The notes below the pieces were generated by a model. That model saw only the letters and a list, made by a program, of their open reading frames with translations. It searched no databases and was not told where the DNA came from. DNA of 64,000 bases from a virus (lineage: Duplodnaviria > Caudoviricetes). Both the position numbers and the translations under genes were made by a program. The number at the start of each line of letters is the position of its first letter. Position 1 is the stretch's first letter. This document shows, piece after piece, positions 38,205 through 47,985 of this stretch. The stretch covers positions 785 through 64,784 of IMG/VR virus record IMGVR_UViG_3300036985_004505; one strand, written 5' to 3'.

Positions 38205-39431
38205 ATGGAACCAACAATAGTAACATTGTCGCCTTCATCTTCACCAATTAGCGTATCTTACGAAGAGGCTTTTGGCGAATATTCTGAATTAAGAGGTCGT
38301 GGTCGTGAACGCAGAAGAAAAAGACGCCAAGAAAGGCGTATGAAACGTATTCGTGATAGACAAGAAAGAAAACGAGCAAGGCAAGAAATGAGAGCCGAGC
38401 AACAAGAATCTCGTCAATTAAGAAAAGATAAACGCAAAAGCCGTAAAGTTGCTCGTAAAGCGATGGGCGAAGATGAGGAGTCTGAGGGGCAAGAGGGCTC
38501 AGGAGAAGATAGCGGAAGTGGTAGCAATGATGGTGGCGGTAGCGGAGCACAGAGTGATGATGGTGGTGGAGCACCAACGCCAACTGATGATGGCGGTGGA
38601 AATAATGGCGGTTACACTGGTGACGGTCCTGCAGAAGGGGAGTATCAAACAACCCAAGATGGCGATATGCAATCAGGTGATGAAGAGGCGGTAGACCAAG
38701 AGCAAGGTGAATCTGACGAAGAAAGCGGTTTTACTGGAGAGTTAGGCTTTGATGGTGTTATTGCAATGAGCCCTGAAGATGCCCAATGGGATGAGTACTT
38801 TAGTTCAGCTGAGGGTAAAAAAGCTATTAACCCCTTAGTTAAAAAACTTGCTTTACTTATTGAAAAAGAAAAACACTTTATAAGTGGTTTAAATAAAAAA
38901 CTTGAGAAGTTTAGCCGTTCTAAAATGAAAGGTTCGGGTAGAGCGGTTGCTATGTTAAGAAAAAGGTTAGCCCACCATACCTCAAGGTTAAAAAGGATGG
39001 AAATGCAACTTGCAAGATACTCACGTTTCGATGGTGATTATAGCGAGGCTCGTGGCGGTAGAAGAGGTGTTGCTCGTAAAAAAGCTGAAGTTAGACGTGC
39101 TAAAAAAGAGGCTCGTAAATTGCGTAAACAAGCTATCCGTAGCCGTAAACGTGGCACAGATGTTGATTCTGAGTTACAACCTGAATTTAGCGAACAAAGA
39201 ATCGAAGTGGGTGCAGAAGAAAGCAACTTTAGTGGCACTGGCTTAATTGGTTTAGATGAGCAATATGATATTGACGCACCTGAAACACGCAAGTTTGATT
39301 TAAAATTTTCTAATGTAGAGGGCGATGAGGCTAAAAAGAAAAAACGCAAAAAAATAATTATCGGTGTTTCTATTGGCATAGCGGTTGGCGTTTTAGCTAT
39401 CGTGTTAATTAAAAAATTCGGAAAAAAATAA
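38205..39431 (+). CDS. tail-anchored protein with alternating Arg/Lys-rich and acidic blocks (possible DNA-condensing core protein)
   Basis: RGRGRERRRKRRQERR block, acidic Gly-rich linker, C-terminal TM. Confidence 0.7.
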   Translation: MEPTIVTLSPSSSPISVSYEEAFGEYSELRGRGRERRRKRRQERRMKRIRDRQERKRARQEMRAEQQESRQLRKDKRKSRKVARKAMGEDEESEGQEGSGEDSGSGSNDGGGSGAQSDDGGGAPTPTDDGGGNNGGYTGDGPAEGEYQTTQDGDMQSGDEEAVDQEQGESDEESGFTGELGFDGVIAMSPEDAQWDEYFSSAEGKKAINPLVKKLALLIEKEKHFISGLNKKLEKFSRSKMKGSGRAVAMLRKRLAHHTSRLKRMEMQLARYSRFDGDYSEARGGRRGVARKKAEVRRAKKEARKLRKQAIRSRKRGTDVDSELQPEFSEQRIEVGAEESNFSGTGLIGLDEQYDIDAPETRKFDLKFSNVEGDEAKKKKRKKIIIGVSIGIAVGVLAIVLIKKFGKK

Positions 39432-39432
39432 A

Positions 39433-40089
39433 ATGGATAATAACTTCCACACTGAACTATCAAAGTATGTAAAAGCTAAAGATAACGAAAATGCCACTCG
39501 TGTAATTTTAAACGAGTTGGCAACTTCGCTTATTAAAGATAAAGAAAACTTCGTTGAGGTTTTGCGTAGTGCTGGGGTTAGCGTTTCTAATAATGACAAC
39601 GATGCTGATTTAATTGATAAGTTTGTAAAAAATGCACCAACTAACAAAGGGTTAATATTAGGGGCGTCATTACTTATTAACCACCGCAACCAATCAATTA
39701 ATTTTGATGGGGAAAGTGAAATAAGTGATGCTGGGGTTAAGGCAACCTACAAAGAACTTGACGAATATTTTAATTGTTGTGGCGAGGAGCATTCAAACGT
39801 AGCAGCCGCAATCGCTGGAATATTAAAGGGGGGTGTTGATTTAACTAATAAACTTGTTGAGGGTAAACAAAAAAAACAATTTGGTGTTAGTGACGCTTTA
39901 GCTAAACAACAAGATGCTCGTAAACAAATGATGCAAAATGTTATTGCCTCAAAACAAAAAGAAACTGACGAAAAGAATGCGAATGCAAGAAAGCAAAAAA
40001 AAATACTAATTATTGCTGGGGCAAGTGTTGTAGGTTTAGTTTTAATTATAGGGTTAGTAATGGTACTTAAAACAAATAAAGGAAAATAA
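39433..40089 (+). CDS. C-terminally anchored virion membrane protein
   Basis: C-terminal TM, INFDG motif. Confidence 0.7.
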   Translation: MDNNFHTELSKYVKAKDNENATRVILNELATSLIKDKENFVEVLRSAGVSVSNNDNDADLIDKFVKNAPTNKGLILGASLLINHRNQSINFDGESEISDAGVKATYKELDEYFNCCGEEHSNVAAAIAGILKGGVDLTNKLVEGKQKKQFGVSDALAKQQDARKQMMQNVIASKQKETDEKNANARKQKKILIIAGASVVGLVLIIGLVMVLKTNKGK

Positions 40090-40090
40090 A

Positions 40091-40561
40091 ATGGATTTTG
40101 TAGCAACAACAGATTTTGCAACGCCTTATGTAATTGCCACTGGGCAACCGCATAAACCAACGCAAATCTGTAAAAAACAATTTAAAAAGGGTGATATTAT
40201 AACTGGTGAGGTTAAGACTGTTAAAGGCAAACCGAGTTTTGTTTTACATAAAGGGGTGATGGTTATTCCATTTAGTTGCGTTAAACAAGTTGTTGTAAAA
40301 GACATCGTTGTAAGTAATTTAGATGGCACTTCTGATGCGGTAGCAAAAACAAACCCAAAAGTAGAAATGAAAGTTATTAAAACGGCTGACCAAAAAAATA
40401 GAGATTATTTCGGTGGCGTGTTGATTGGTGGTGCTTTGGGTTTTGGTGCGGTTATTTTAGCAGAAAAACAAGAGTGGTTAGCACCTGATAAAAAAAATAA
40501 AATGTATGGTATTGTTGTTGGTGCTATTATAGGCATATACTACATATATAAAAAAAAATAA
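40091..40561 (+). CDS. membrane protein (SH3-like N-domain plus two TMs)
   Basis: FKKGDII and SNLDG motifs, two Gly-rich TMs. Confidence 0.7.
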   Translation: MDFVATTDFATPYVIATGQPHKPTQICKKQFKKGDIITGEVKTVKGKPSFVLHKGVMVIPFSCVKQVVVKDIVVSNLDGTSDAVAKTNPKVEMKVIKTADQKNRDYFGGVLIGGALGFGAVILAEKQEWLAPDKKNKMYGIVVGAIIGIYYIYKKK

Positions 40562-40577
40562 TTTAAAATAAAGCATT

Positions 40578-41216
40578 ATGATAGTTAAAACAATAAACCC
40601 AGTAACAATTAACCGAAAAAGAATTAGTAAGCCAAGCGAATATTTAAGTGCTAATGGCGAAGATGAATTTTATGGTTTTGATGCAAACGGCAAACCTCAA
40701 ACTAAAGATGAAACAAAACAATTTCAAAATTGGTTAGATAGCAAATACCCAACGTGGTTAAATGGCGGTAAATTAAATGGAGGTACTGGTTATGGCACTT
40801 TTGGACCATCTACAACTAAAGCGTGGGGTACTTATGGCTCTGAGTTTGCAAAAACTTTAAACACTGGTACGCCAAGTGCAACACCAACGGCTGAACCCAC
40901 AAAAGATGAGGCTATTGCAAAAGCTAAATTAGGTCAAATTTGGGACAAAAACAAAGGCTGGATAACAAGCGATAAATCAAAAGAAGTTTTAAAAGTTTTA
41001 TTGGCTGGTGGTAGTGTAATGGATGCCATAAATAGTTTATTAGGCGGTGGTTCTGGTGGCGGAACAACTAATGATACAACAACAACAACAACAACGACAA
41101 CAGAAACTACAAAAGATGGTTTAAGCAAAAACGCTAAAATTGGTATTGCGGTAGGTGTCGTAGCGTTATTTGGTATAATCATTTATGCAGTAACTCGCCC
41201 AAAAACAAATAACTAA
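40578..41216 (+). CDS. tail-anchored protein with a peptidoglycan-binding-like domain
   Basis: FQNWLD...GTFGPSTTKAW, a Thr linker, and a GLSKNAKIGIAVG anchor. Confidence 0.65.
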   Translation: MIVKTINPVTINRKRISKPSEYLSANGEDEFYGFDANGKPQTKDETKQFQNWLDSKYPTWLNGGKLNGGTGYGTFGPSTTKAWGTYGSEFAKTLNTGTPSATPTAEPTKDEAIAKAKLGQIWDKNKGWITSDKSKEVLKVLLAGGSVMDAINSLLGGGSGGGTTNDTTTTTTTTTETTKDGLSKNAKIGIAVGVVALFGIIIYAVTRPKTNN

Positions 41217-42013
41217 TGGGATTCCCTATGCAAAAAGCGTACGAAAGCAACAACCGAAAAATGAGTTTGCACATAACTATTGTGTGCAAAGGAACTAAAA
41301 ACTTTCGTGTTTGGGCAGAAGAATTAGGCAAGAAAGATAGTAAATATGCTGATAGGGTAATTAATGTTACTAATAGCCGTACAATTCATTTTAATTTCCC
41401 AGTTAGCCCAAAAATGCTTTTTATTGGGTGCTTAAACGTGCAAAACATTAACGATAAAGATTTTGAGGTAACTATAAAAGAGGAGCCTTTAAAAACTTAC
41501 AATATTGTTATGGATAACGACACAAAAGATTTTGTTCAAATGGCAATTAATGTTAGTCAGACTATTGGCTTTGCACCGCCTCCACAAAACGGAATATTAT
41601 ACCAAACGCCTGACGCAAAGTTTAACATTAAAAACGTGCCAATGATAACCGATAAAATGAGCGGTCAAGTAATTGGTACACCAGCAAGAATTGGTCACAG
41701 TACTGGTCTTATAGAAGTGGCTTATGCAAGGTTTAAACAATATACAATACCTATGCGTTTGGCTATCCTTTTACACGAATATAGCCACAAATATAGAAAC
41801 CCAAAAATTGGATTGAAAATTAGCAATGAATTTGGAGCTGACATAAATGGTTTGTATATTTACCTCGGCATAGGTTTCTCAAAAGTTGATGCAATTTGTG
41901 TGTTTGCGGAAGTGTTTTTAAAAGCACAAACAGATGGCAATATGCAACGTATGAGGAAAATACAAGATTATATACAAAGGTTTGAAAATCAAGAGTACGC
42001 ACAAATAATGTAA
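41216..42013 (+). CDS. zincin-like metalloprotease
   Basis: ILLHEYSH (HExxH) followed by NEFGAD. Confidence 0.7.
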   Translation: MGFPMQKAYESNNRKMSLHITIVCKGTKNFRVWAEELGKKDSKYADRVINVTNSRTIHFNFPVSPKMLFIGCLNVQNINDKDFEVTIKEEPLKTYNIVMDNDTKDFVQMAINVSQTIGFAPPPQNGILYQTPDAKFNIKNVPMITDKMSGQVIGTPARIGHSTGLIEVAYARFKQYTIPMRLAILLHEYSHKYRNPKIGLKISNEFGADINGLYIYLGIGFSKVDAICVFAEVFLKAQTDGNMQRMRKIQDYIQRFENQEYAQIM

Positions 42014-42017
42014 AAAA

Positions 42018-42956
42018 ATGCAAGAACCAAACAATATATTTACAAGCGAGTCAGATTACCAACAATCAATAAATGGTAGTTATGACGATTTGTACGCAGA
42101 AGAGGAGTTTGGAAATGCCGATGGTGAAACGTATTTTGACGAAAACGATTTAAGTGATATTGATTTTAGCGATTTTAAAGGCAAGGATTTTAAAAGCAAA
42201 TTAAGAAAAGTTCATAAAACTTTAGCTAAAAAGAAAGTTGCTAAACCGCTTGATAAAGATTTCGTTGTAACAAAACGTGCAACATTATACGGAAAAAAAG
42301 GCGGTAGTGCTGAGGGTTTAAACACTAAGCGTATTATCGTGCCAAACACCCAAAAAGTAATTGTAGAGGGCGTAGATAAGTTTATTTTAGGTGACGATAA
42401 GTGTGGTATTAAAAATATTGGTTACTACAAGTGTAAGAAATTAAAAGAATTAATACTTACCATAAACAACAATTCTGCGGTAGATTTTAATTTAAACTTT
42501 TTTGACCCGAGTATGCCGTTAGATTATTTGTTTTCAACAAGCGGTAATTTAAACAACAAAATTCAGGTCGCTGGGGGCGTAGTTAGTTATTCAGATGTAT
42601 TGTTTAATATCCTTGCCAACCCTATGCACATTATTAATGCGAAATTTACGTTTGCAGGACCGACATACCAACAACAAATTAATCAGCCGTTAATTTTCAC
42701 AAACAAATCTGCGGTTGGTGAACAAAAAATAGAGCCTTTGCAATTACAATTACAAATTGATAATATGCAAGTTGCCAACGATATTGTGTTTTTTGAACTT
42801 GATAAACTTGGCAGACCATTTATCCCAAATGGAATGGATATCATTAAATACAGAGTTTTGGCTGGAAATACAATTACATTTGCTTTTTATTATAGGCAAA
42901 AAGACATTAGAAAATTATTTTACGAAGAGGCACGAAACGATAAAAAATTATTATAG
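42018..42956 (+). CDS. second capsid-protein candidate, paralog of 36283-37050
   Basis: The C-terminal domain aligns by eye with 36283-37050 (Q...L....G....PL....D..Q..DI....[DN]G...I...LAG). Acidic N-extension with FGNADG. Confidence 0.55.
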   Translation: MQEPNNIFTSESDYQQSINGSYDDLYAEEEFGNADGETYFDENDLSDIDFSDFKGKDFKSKLRKVHKTLAKKKVAKPLDKDFVVTKRATLYGKKGGSAEGLNTKRIIVPNTQKVIVEGVDKFILGDDKCGIKNIGYYKCKKLKELILTINNNSAVDFNLNFFDPSMPLDYLFSTSGNLNNKIQVAGGVVSYSDVLFNILANPMHIINAKFTFAGPTYQQQINQPLIFTNKSAVGEQKIEPLQLQLQIDNMQVANDIVFFELDKLGRPFIPNGMDIIKYRVLAGNTITFAFYYRQKDIRKLFYEEARNDKKLL

Positions 42957-42959
42957 TAA

Positions 42960-44228
42960 ATGAGTTTATTTGAACAAAAATATCCTAATAACATTAGAAC
43001 CATAATTGGTTTAATAAATATCCCATTCCAAGACGATTCAGTTTTAGAGTGCGATACCACGTTAAGCCCAGTTGCAATACAATTAATAGGCATACCAGCA
43101 AACGCTTGGAGTACTCAATATAAGTTATATATCGTTGACAAAAGCAATAACGCATCTGTAAATAACATTGTAATTAGTGCGCCTATTGGTTATAAAATTA
43201 ATGGAGCATTAAGCGTAACGATTAACGCAAATGGTGGCTCATATTTAATTCGTGTAGCAAGTAACACAAACTATGTAGGTCAATATAGCGCTGGAGGTGG
43301 GGGTATAACTACCCTTACAGTTACAGATACGTCAACAATAGATTTAACTTTAACGCCTATTGCTGGTGGCTATAATTTACAAGCTAATTTAATATTAGCC
43401 GATTATCTGTTTGCGGTTAAAAATTTAACAGACCCAAATGTTTTATATTGTAGAACTACAAAATCTATTCCGCTAACTTTACAAAAATATGAAAACCCTT
43501 TTCAATCAATAACAGACAACTCTATATTTACGGCATACGATACTAAATCAGAGTTTGGAGGTTTAGTTGGCGCATTTGATTTATTAACTGGTACATTTAC
43601 AGCACCTACTACTGGCTTATATTCAATACAAACACAGATAGGATATGCTTTAAATATAAATCCGTATATAAATACTTTTGATAACGGAACAGTTAATTCA
43701 AATGGTCAATATTGGATGCTAAATTATGTTGAATTATATAGAGTTATAGATTTTTTACGAGACCCAGCTACATTGCTTTCTCCTCCGGCAATCGGAGATA
43801 GATATATTGTAGGAACACCAGCTACGGGAGTTTTTTTAGGACAAGAAAATAATATAGCCGAGTGGAATGGAGTCGCTTGGATTTTCAGTCCTCCAATATC
43901 AAATAACATTACTCAAAATTTTATTTTTGTAATTACTGGAAGTCAATCATTAACTTGGAACGGCACGTCTTGGGTTGCATTTATAGAAAACTTATTAAGT
44001 ATTGGTAGTTTTTCAATAGCACAATATTTAGTTGGTAGCGGTCTTCTGTCTGTTGGTATTAAAACAATATCAATGAGTTCAAGCCAATTATATATAACAA
44101 CCTTAGCAATATTTAGATTAAATGCTTTTAGTCCAGTTAAAGTTGTTTACACTAATAACACAGATTTACCTATGTATGGTAACGTAAATAGTAATGTAAT
44201 TTTTAGAGTACAAAAATTATCAAATTAA
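42960..44228 (+). CDS. spike/receptor-binding-like protein with a DUF2793-like insert
   Basis: Beta-rich, with GTFTAPTTGLY and PPAIGDRYIVGTPATG.F.GQENNIAEWNG.AW. N-domain shared with 45434 and 50939. Confidence 0.55.
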   Translation: MSLFEQKYPNNIRTIIGLINIPFQDDSVLECDTTLSPVAIQLIGIPANAWSTQYKLYIVDKSNNASVNNIVISAPIGYKINGALSVTINANGGSYLIRVASNTNYVGQYSAGGGGITTLTVTDTSTIDLTLTPIAGGYNLQANLILADYLFAVKNLTDPNVLYCRTTKSIPLTLQKYENPFQSITDNSIFTAYDTKSEFGGLVGAFDLLTGTFTAPTTGLYSIQTQIGYALNINPYINTFDNGTVNSNGQYWMLNYVELYRVIDFLRDPATLLSPPAIGDRYIVGTPATGVFLGQENNIAEWNGVAWIFSPPISNNITQNFIFVITGSQSLTWNGTSWVAFIENLLSIGSFSIAQYLVGSGLLSVGIKTISMSSSQLYITTLAIFRLNAFSPVKVVYTNNTDLPMYGNVNSNVIFRVQKLSN

Positions 44229-44233
44229 AAAAA

Positions 44234-44428
44234 ATGGAAAATAACAAAAAAATAGCATTAGGATTTGTGGTTGCTGGAACTGTAATGTATTTTGCAACAA
44301 AAGAAGAACCTAAAAAAACGCCTCAACAACTTTCGGCTGGAGACGATATGAGTTTAAGAACAATAGCAAAAGTTTTGTTTATCGGTGGCGCAATATCTTT
44401 AGTATATCAAACATTTATAAAAAAATAA
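44234..44428 (+). CDS. small membrane protein
   Basis: Two TM segments. Confidence 0.65.
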   Translation: MENNKKIALGFVVAGTVMYFATKEEPKKTPQQLSAGDDMSLRTIAKVLFIGGAISLVYQTFIKK

Positions 44429-44432
44429 TAAA

Positions 44433-44873
44433 ATGGGAATATTAACTGGCAAAGCAGACGTTATAGCAACTATGCCTCCTTTCAATAGTAAAGCAGAAAA
44501 TTGGATTCAATGGCACAAAGATTTAAAAAGTAATTTTGGAAATAAAGTTGCTAACGGAATATGGCTAAAAGCGTGGCGATTAAGAGGAAATTCAGATTGT
44601 AATACGTCTGAACTAAGAACTTATATGAAAAAACAAGGCGTAACGATTGATGCAAGTGGATGGGATAAATTTACCGATGCAACCTCAAGCGGTTTATCTA
44701 CGTTGTTTCAAATGAGCGCTACATCAAGTTTAATTATAACTGGAACATTAGTAGGTTTAACAGTTTATATTATTTACAAAGTATTAAAAAACCCAGATAG
44801 TGCTAAAAATGTAGTTATGATGGCTACGCCACAAGGGAGAGTGGCATCAATGGTAGGAGGGCTAAAAAAATGA
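44433..44873 (+). CDS. membrane protein
   Basis: Trp-rich N-domain plus a TM helix. Confidence 0.7.
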   Translation: MGILTGKADVIATMPPFNSKAENWIQWHKDLKSNFGNKVANGIWLKAWRLRGNSDCNTSELRTYMKKQGVTIDASGWDKFTDATSSGLSTLFQMSATSSLIITGTLVGLTVYIIYKVLKNPDSAKNVVMMATPQGRVASMVGGLKK

Positions 44874-45418
44874 AACTAACTAAAGGACAAATAGGCGGAA
44901 TTGTTGCTGGAGTTGTAGCAATATCTTTAATTACATTCGTTGTAATTCGCAGAAACAAAAACAAAAAGTTAATCAAAGAAATTAACGATATTTTGGATTC
45001 CAAAGTGCCAGACCCTAACAAGTCTGGTTCGCAAGTTATTTTGACACAAGCGCAATTAGGCACTTTACCGAATGGTAATTTCCCTTTAAAAATAGGGGAT
45101 AAAAATAAAAAAGTGTACGATGTGCAAATGGCTTTAAACAGAAAGTTTGGTAGCGGAATTGATGCAGATGGAAAGTACGGAGAAAGCACTTTTCAATCAA
45201 TGTGTTCAAACGTCTGGAATAAAGGCTTTGGAAGTTCATATTATGGTTCGTGTTTTAATGTAAATTTAACCTCAGCACCTACAAGGAGAATGATTACACA
45301 AACGGATTGGGCTAATTTACAAAAGTCAGCAAACTTTGATGGTGTCGGTGGCACTTCTGTTAGTAGTGATTATATGAATAACGTAATGGGTGAGCCGATA
45401 GTCGGTTTAGATATTTAA
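44870..45418 (+). CDS. membrane-anchored protein with a peptidoglycan-binding-like domain
   Basis: N-terminal TM, LKIGDKNKKVYDVQMALN...IDADGKYGEST, and an ANFDG motif. Confidence 0.7.
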   Translation: MKLTKGQIGGIVAGVVAISLITFVVIRRNKNKKLIKEINDILDSKVPDPNKSGSQVILTQAQLGTLPNGNFPLKIGDKNKKVYDVQMALNRKFGSGIDADGKYGESTFQSMCSNVWNKGFGSSYYGSCFNVNLTSAPTRRMITQTDWANLQKSANFDGVGGTSVSSDYMNNVMGEPIVGLDI

Positions 45419-45433
45419 CAATTAAAAAAAACA

Positions 45434-45919
45434 ATGGCAACAGAAATAAACGCAGACAATCGTGGTGAGGTTTTACCAATAGCTGAAAAAACTATACAAA
45501 TAAATTTACAAGGTGCAATCCCCCCAATTAAGGGTGGTGGAATATACGAGTTGGTAGCTAACCAACCTGGAGCCATAAATACAGTCATAATTAGGGTTGA
45601 ATTATCGGTAATAGATAAGGGCAACCCAGTGTATATAGTATTGCCAGCTACTACTAATTATTCAGATGGTGTAAGCCCAATTATTTATGTTATAGATAAT
45701 AATTTTACGGCAACCTCTTCGCAAATAATAGTAGGAACAAGAGCGGTTTTAAAAGAAGAGAATAACGATTACATAAATGGTGGCGATAGGGTTACTATGA
45801 ATGTTGATGGTGGAAATATTTGTGTACAATGTATAACAAGAGGCGTTTATATTGCAAGTGGCACTATTGATAATGGTGGTTTAGTTGCAGGAGTAGACGT
45901 GCCATTAGAGGCAAAATAA
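45434..45919 (+). CDS. beta-rich structural protein (vertex/spike base-like)
   Basis: IVLP...IYVIDNNFTATSSQI.V...D.ING resembles the N-domains of 42960 and 50939. Confidence 0.6.
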   Translation: MATEINADNRGEVLPIAEKTIQINLQGAIPPIKGGGIYELVANQPGAINTVIIRVELSVIDKGNPVYIVLPATTNYSDGVSPIIYVIDNNFTATSSQIIVGTRAVLKEENNDYINGGDRVTMNVDGGNICVQCITRGVYIASGTIDNGGLVAGVDVPLEAK

Positions 45920-45955
45920 AAACAAAAATAAATTAACAATTAAAAATAAAAAAAA

Positions 45956-46177
45956 ATGAAAGAGCAAATCGCAAAAATTAAAACAAACCCAGTAGGTACT
46001 GGTGTTGGTGCAGTAGGTGGTTATTTAATCGCTACAAAAGTATTAAAAACTGAAAAATTGTGGATGACTATTGCCGTTGCGGTAGTTGGAGGCGTTGTAG
46101 GTGCAATGGTACAAGCTAATATGAAAGCTAAAAAAGGTATGCCAACCGCATCAACAGTTACCGCTCCAGTAAAGTAA
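45956..46177 (+). CDS. small membrane protein
   Basis: Two Gly-rich TMs. Confidence 0.75.
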   Translation: MKEQIAKIKTNPVGTGVGAVGGYLIATKVLKTEKLWMTIAVAVVGGVVGAMVQANMKAKKGMPTASTVTAPVK

Positions 46178-46202
46178 TTTAAACATTAAAAAAAAGAACC
46201 AA

Positions 46203-46718
46203 ATGAAAGTAGAACCAAAAAAATCACGTACAGGACTTATCGTAGTTATAAGTAGCTTATTAGTGATTGGTGGGGTTGTCGGTTATATTTTTTGGAAAAA
46301 GGCAAAAGATAAAAAAGACGAACAAGCCAAAAAAGACGCAGAGGCAAAAAGAATAGCTGAAGAACAAGCAAAAGGGGGCGGTGGCTCAACTGATAGCGGT
46401 GGAAACACTTCGGGTGGTTCAACTGGAGGTGGTGGAAACACTGGCGGTAGCACTACCACATTAAGTAATTTTGAATTACTTCAAAAAAACTTAAACGCAA
46501 AAGCGGATAAAAACGGACTTGTTTTTGTTAAGTTTAATGGCAACAAAAATTCAGCTACATTTTTTAACAATAATCGTTTTTCAATAAATGTTGTTGGGCA
46601 AGGTGGCTATTTAAAGAAAGGCTCTTATTCAAATGGTGGTTTAACTTTAACTGTTGATGGTGCTACGCCTATATCAAGTAGTAGTGTTTGGGGAAATTTA
46701 TTAACCGCTTTAAAATAA
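46203..46718 (+). CDS. N-anchored membrane protein with a Gly/Ser linker
   Basis: TM helix, linker, then a beta domain. Confidence 0.7.
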   Translation: MKVEPKKSRTGLIVVISSLLVIGGVVGYIFWKKAKDKKDEQAKKDAEAKRIAEEQAKGGGGSTDSGGNTSGGSTGGGGNTGGSTTTLSNFELLQKNLNAKADKNGLVFVKFNGNKNSATFFNNNRFSINVVGQGGYLKKGSYSNGGLTLTVDGATPISSSSVWGNLLTALK

Positions 46719-46724
46719 TATTTA

Positions 46725-47453
46725 ATGGCGGTAGATAAAAATAAATTCAAAACTGTTACCCAATTTGTTATAGATAAGTTAGAGGGTGGTTACTATAACC
46801 CATCGTGGCATAGTGTAGGCGACTCTCGTTATTCTGCAAGTGGGGAAACTATGTTTGGAATTGACCGCAAGGCTGGAGGCAAGATAAATGACACAACGGC
46901 TGGTAAAGAGTTTTGGGGAATTATAGATAAAGCCAAAACCCCTCAAACGTGGAAGTGGAACTATAAAGGTGGGGCATTAGCACCACAATTAAAAGACCTT
47001 GTTGTTGATATTATGTACCCAGTTTACGAACGTAACGCTAAAAATTATTTAACGGCTCAAGCAAAGGCTATTGTAGATAGTGATAGCCGTTTGTTGTTCC
47101 ATTTTATTTATGGCTCTTGGAATGGTGCTGGTTGGTTTAAAAAATTTGCTACCGATATGAATAAAGCGGTAGCAAGTGGCATAACTGACCCCGATAAATT
47201 ATCGCAAGTCGCCCTTGATTCAAGAACTAAAGAAGGGTTAAAAGAGGGTAGTTCGCCAAATTCATTGATTGCACAAGGCGGTAGAAAAATAGCAACTTTG
47301 TTTGGAACATTAAAAGACGCCACAATATCTACTGCAAAAGCAACAGAAGAAGTGGTAAAAAAAAACCCTTTACCAATCGCAATAATGACAAGCCTACTAT
47401 TAGTTAGTGGGTACTTTTTATATACTTACGGAATTAAAAATAAAATAAAATAA
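46725..47453 (+). CDS. membrane-anchored lysozyme-like (GH108-like) virion protein
   Basis: LEGGY...D....GETMFGI catalytic motif and a C-terminal TM. Confidence 0.65.
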   Translation: MAVDKNKFKTVTQFVIDKLEGGYYNPSWHSVGDSRYSASGETMFGIDRKAGGKINDTTAGKEFWGIIDKAKTPQTWKWNYKGGALAPQLKDLVVDIMYPVYERNAKNYLTAQAKAIVDSDSRLLFHFIYGSWNGAGWFKKFATDMNKAVASGITDPDKLSQVALDSRTKEGLKEGSSPNSLIAQGGRKIATLFGTLKDATISTAKATEEVVKKNPLPIAIMTSLLLVSGYFLYTYGIKNKIK

Positions 47454-47454
47454 A

Positions 47455-47985
47455 ATGGAATCAGAATTAGGTAATGAGTTTATGAATGCCGATGGTATTA
47501 TAAACTACGAAGTAGCCAACGGACTGCAAAATATTGGCAACCAATATAACGAAAATTATATGTCGGCAAATGGCAATGATGAGTACTATAATGCCGATAA
47601 TGATAATGATGATTTTTACAACGCAGACGGCGATGACGATTATTACAATGCTGGTGGGTTGTTTAAAAACTTTCGTAAAAACCAAAAAATACGCCAAAAA
47701 AGACGTTCTGATAGGGCTAAATCAAAAGAAGAGGCACGGAAAACGAAGGCTCAAGCAAAATTAGTCCAAGCAGAATCACAAAAAGAATCTGCAAAACAGA
47801 TGGGTAAAGGTGCTGAGGCTGATTTAGAGTTGGCAAAATCACTTGGCAAAAACGCTGAACAACCAACTGAAAAAGGGTTAAGTAAGGGTATGAAAATTGG
47901 TATTGCCGTTGGGGTTGTACTTATTTTAGGTGTTGTCGGGTTTATTGTTTATAAAAAAATGGGTGCTAAAAAAGTAGGAAAATGA
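47455..47985 (+). CDS. tail-anchored protein: acidic NADG-repeat N-terminus plus basic block
   Basis: FMNADG, YMSANG, YYNADN, FYNADG, YYNAGG, and a KGLSKGMKIGIAVG anchor. Confidence 0.75.
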   Translation: MESELGNEFMNADGIINYEVANGLQNIGNQYNENYMSANGNDEYYNADNDNDDFYNADGDDDYYNAGGLFKNFRKNQKIRQKRRSDRAKSKEEARKTKAQAKLVQAESQKESAKQMGKGAEADLELAKSLGKNAEQPTEKGLSKGMKIGIAVGVVLILGVVGFIVYKKMGAKKVGK

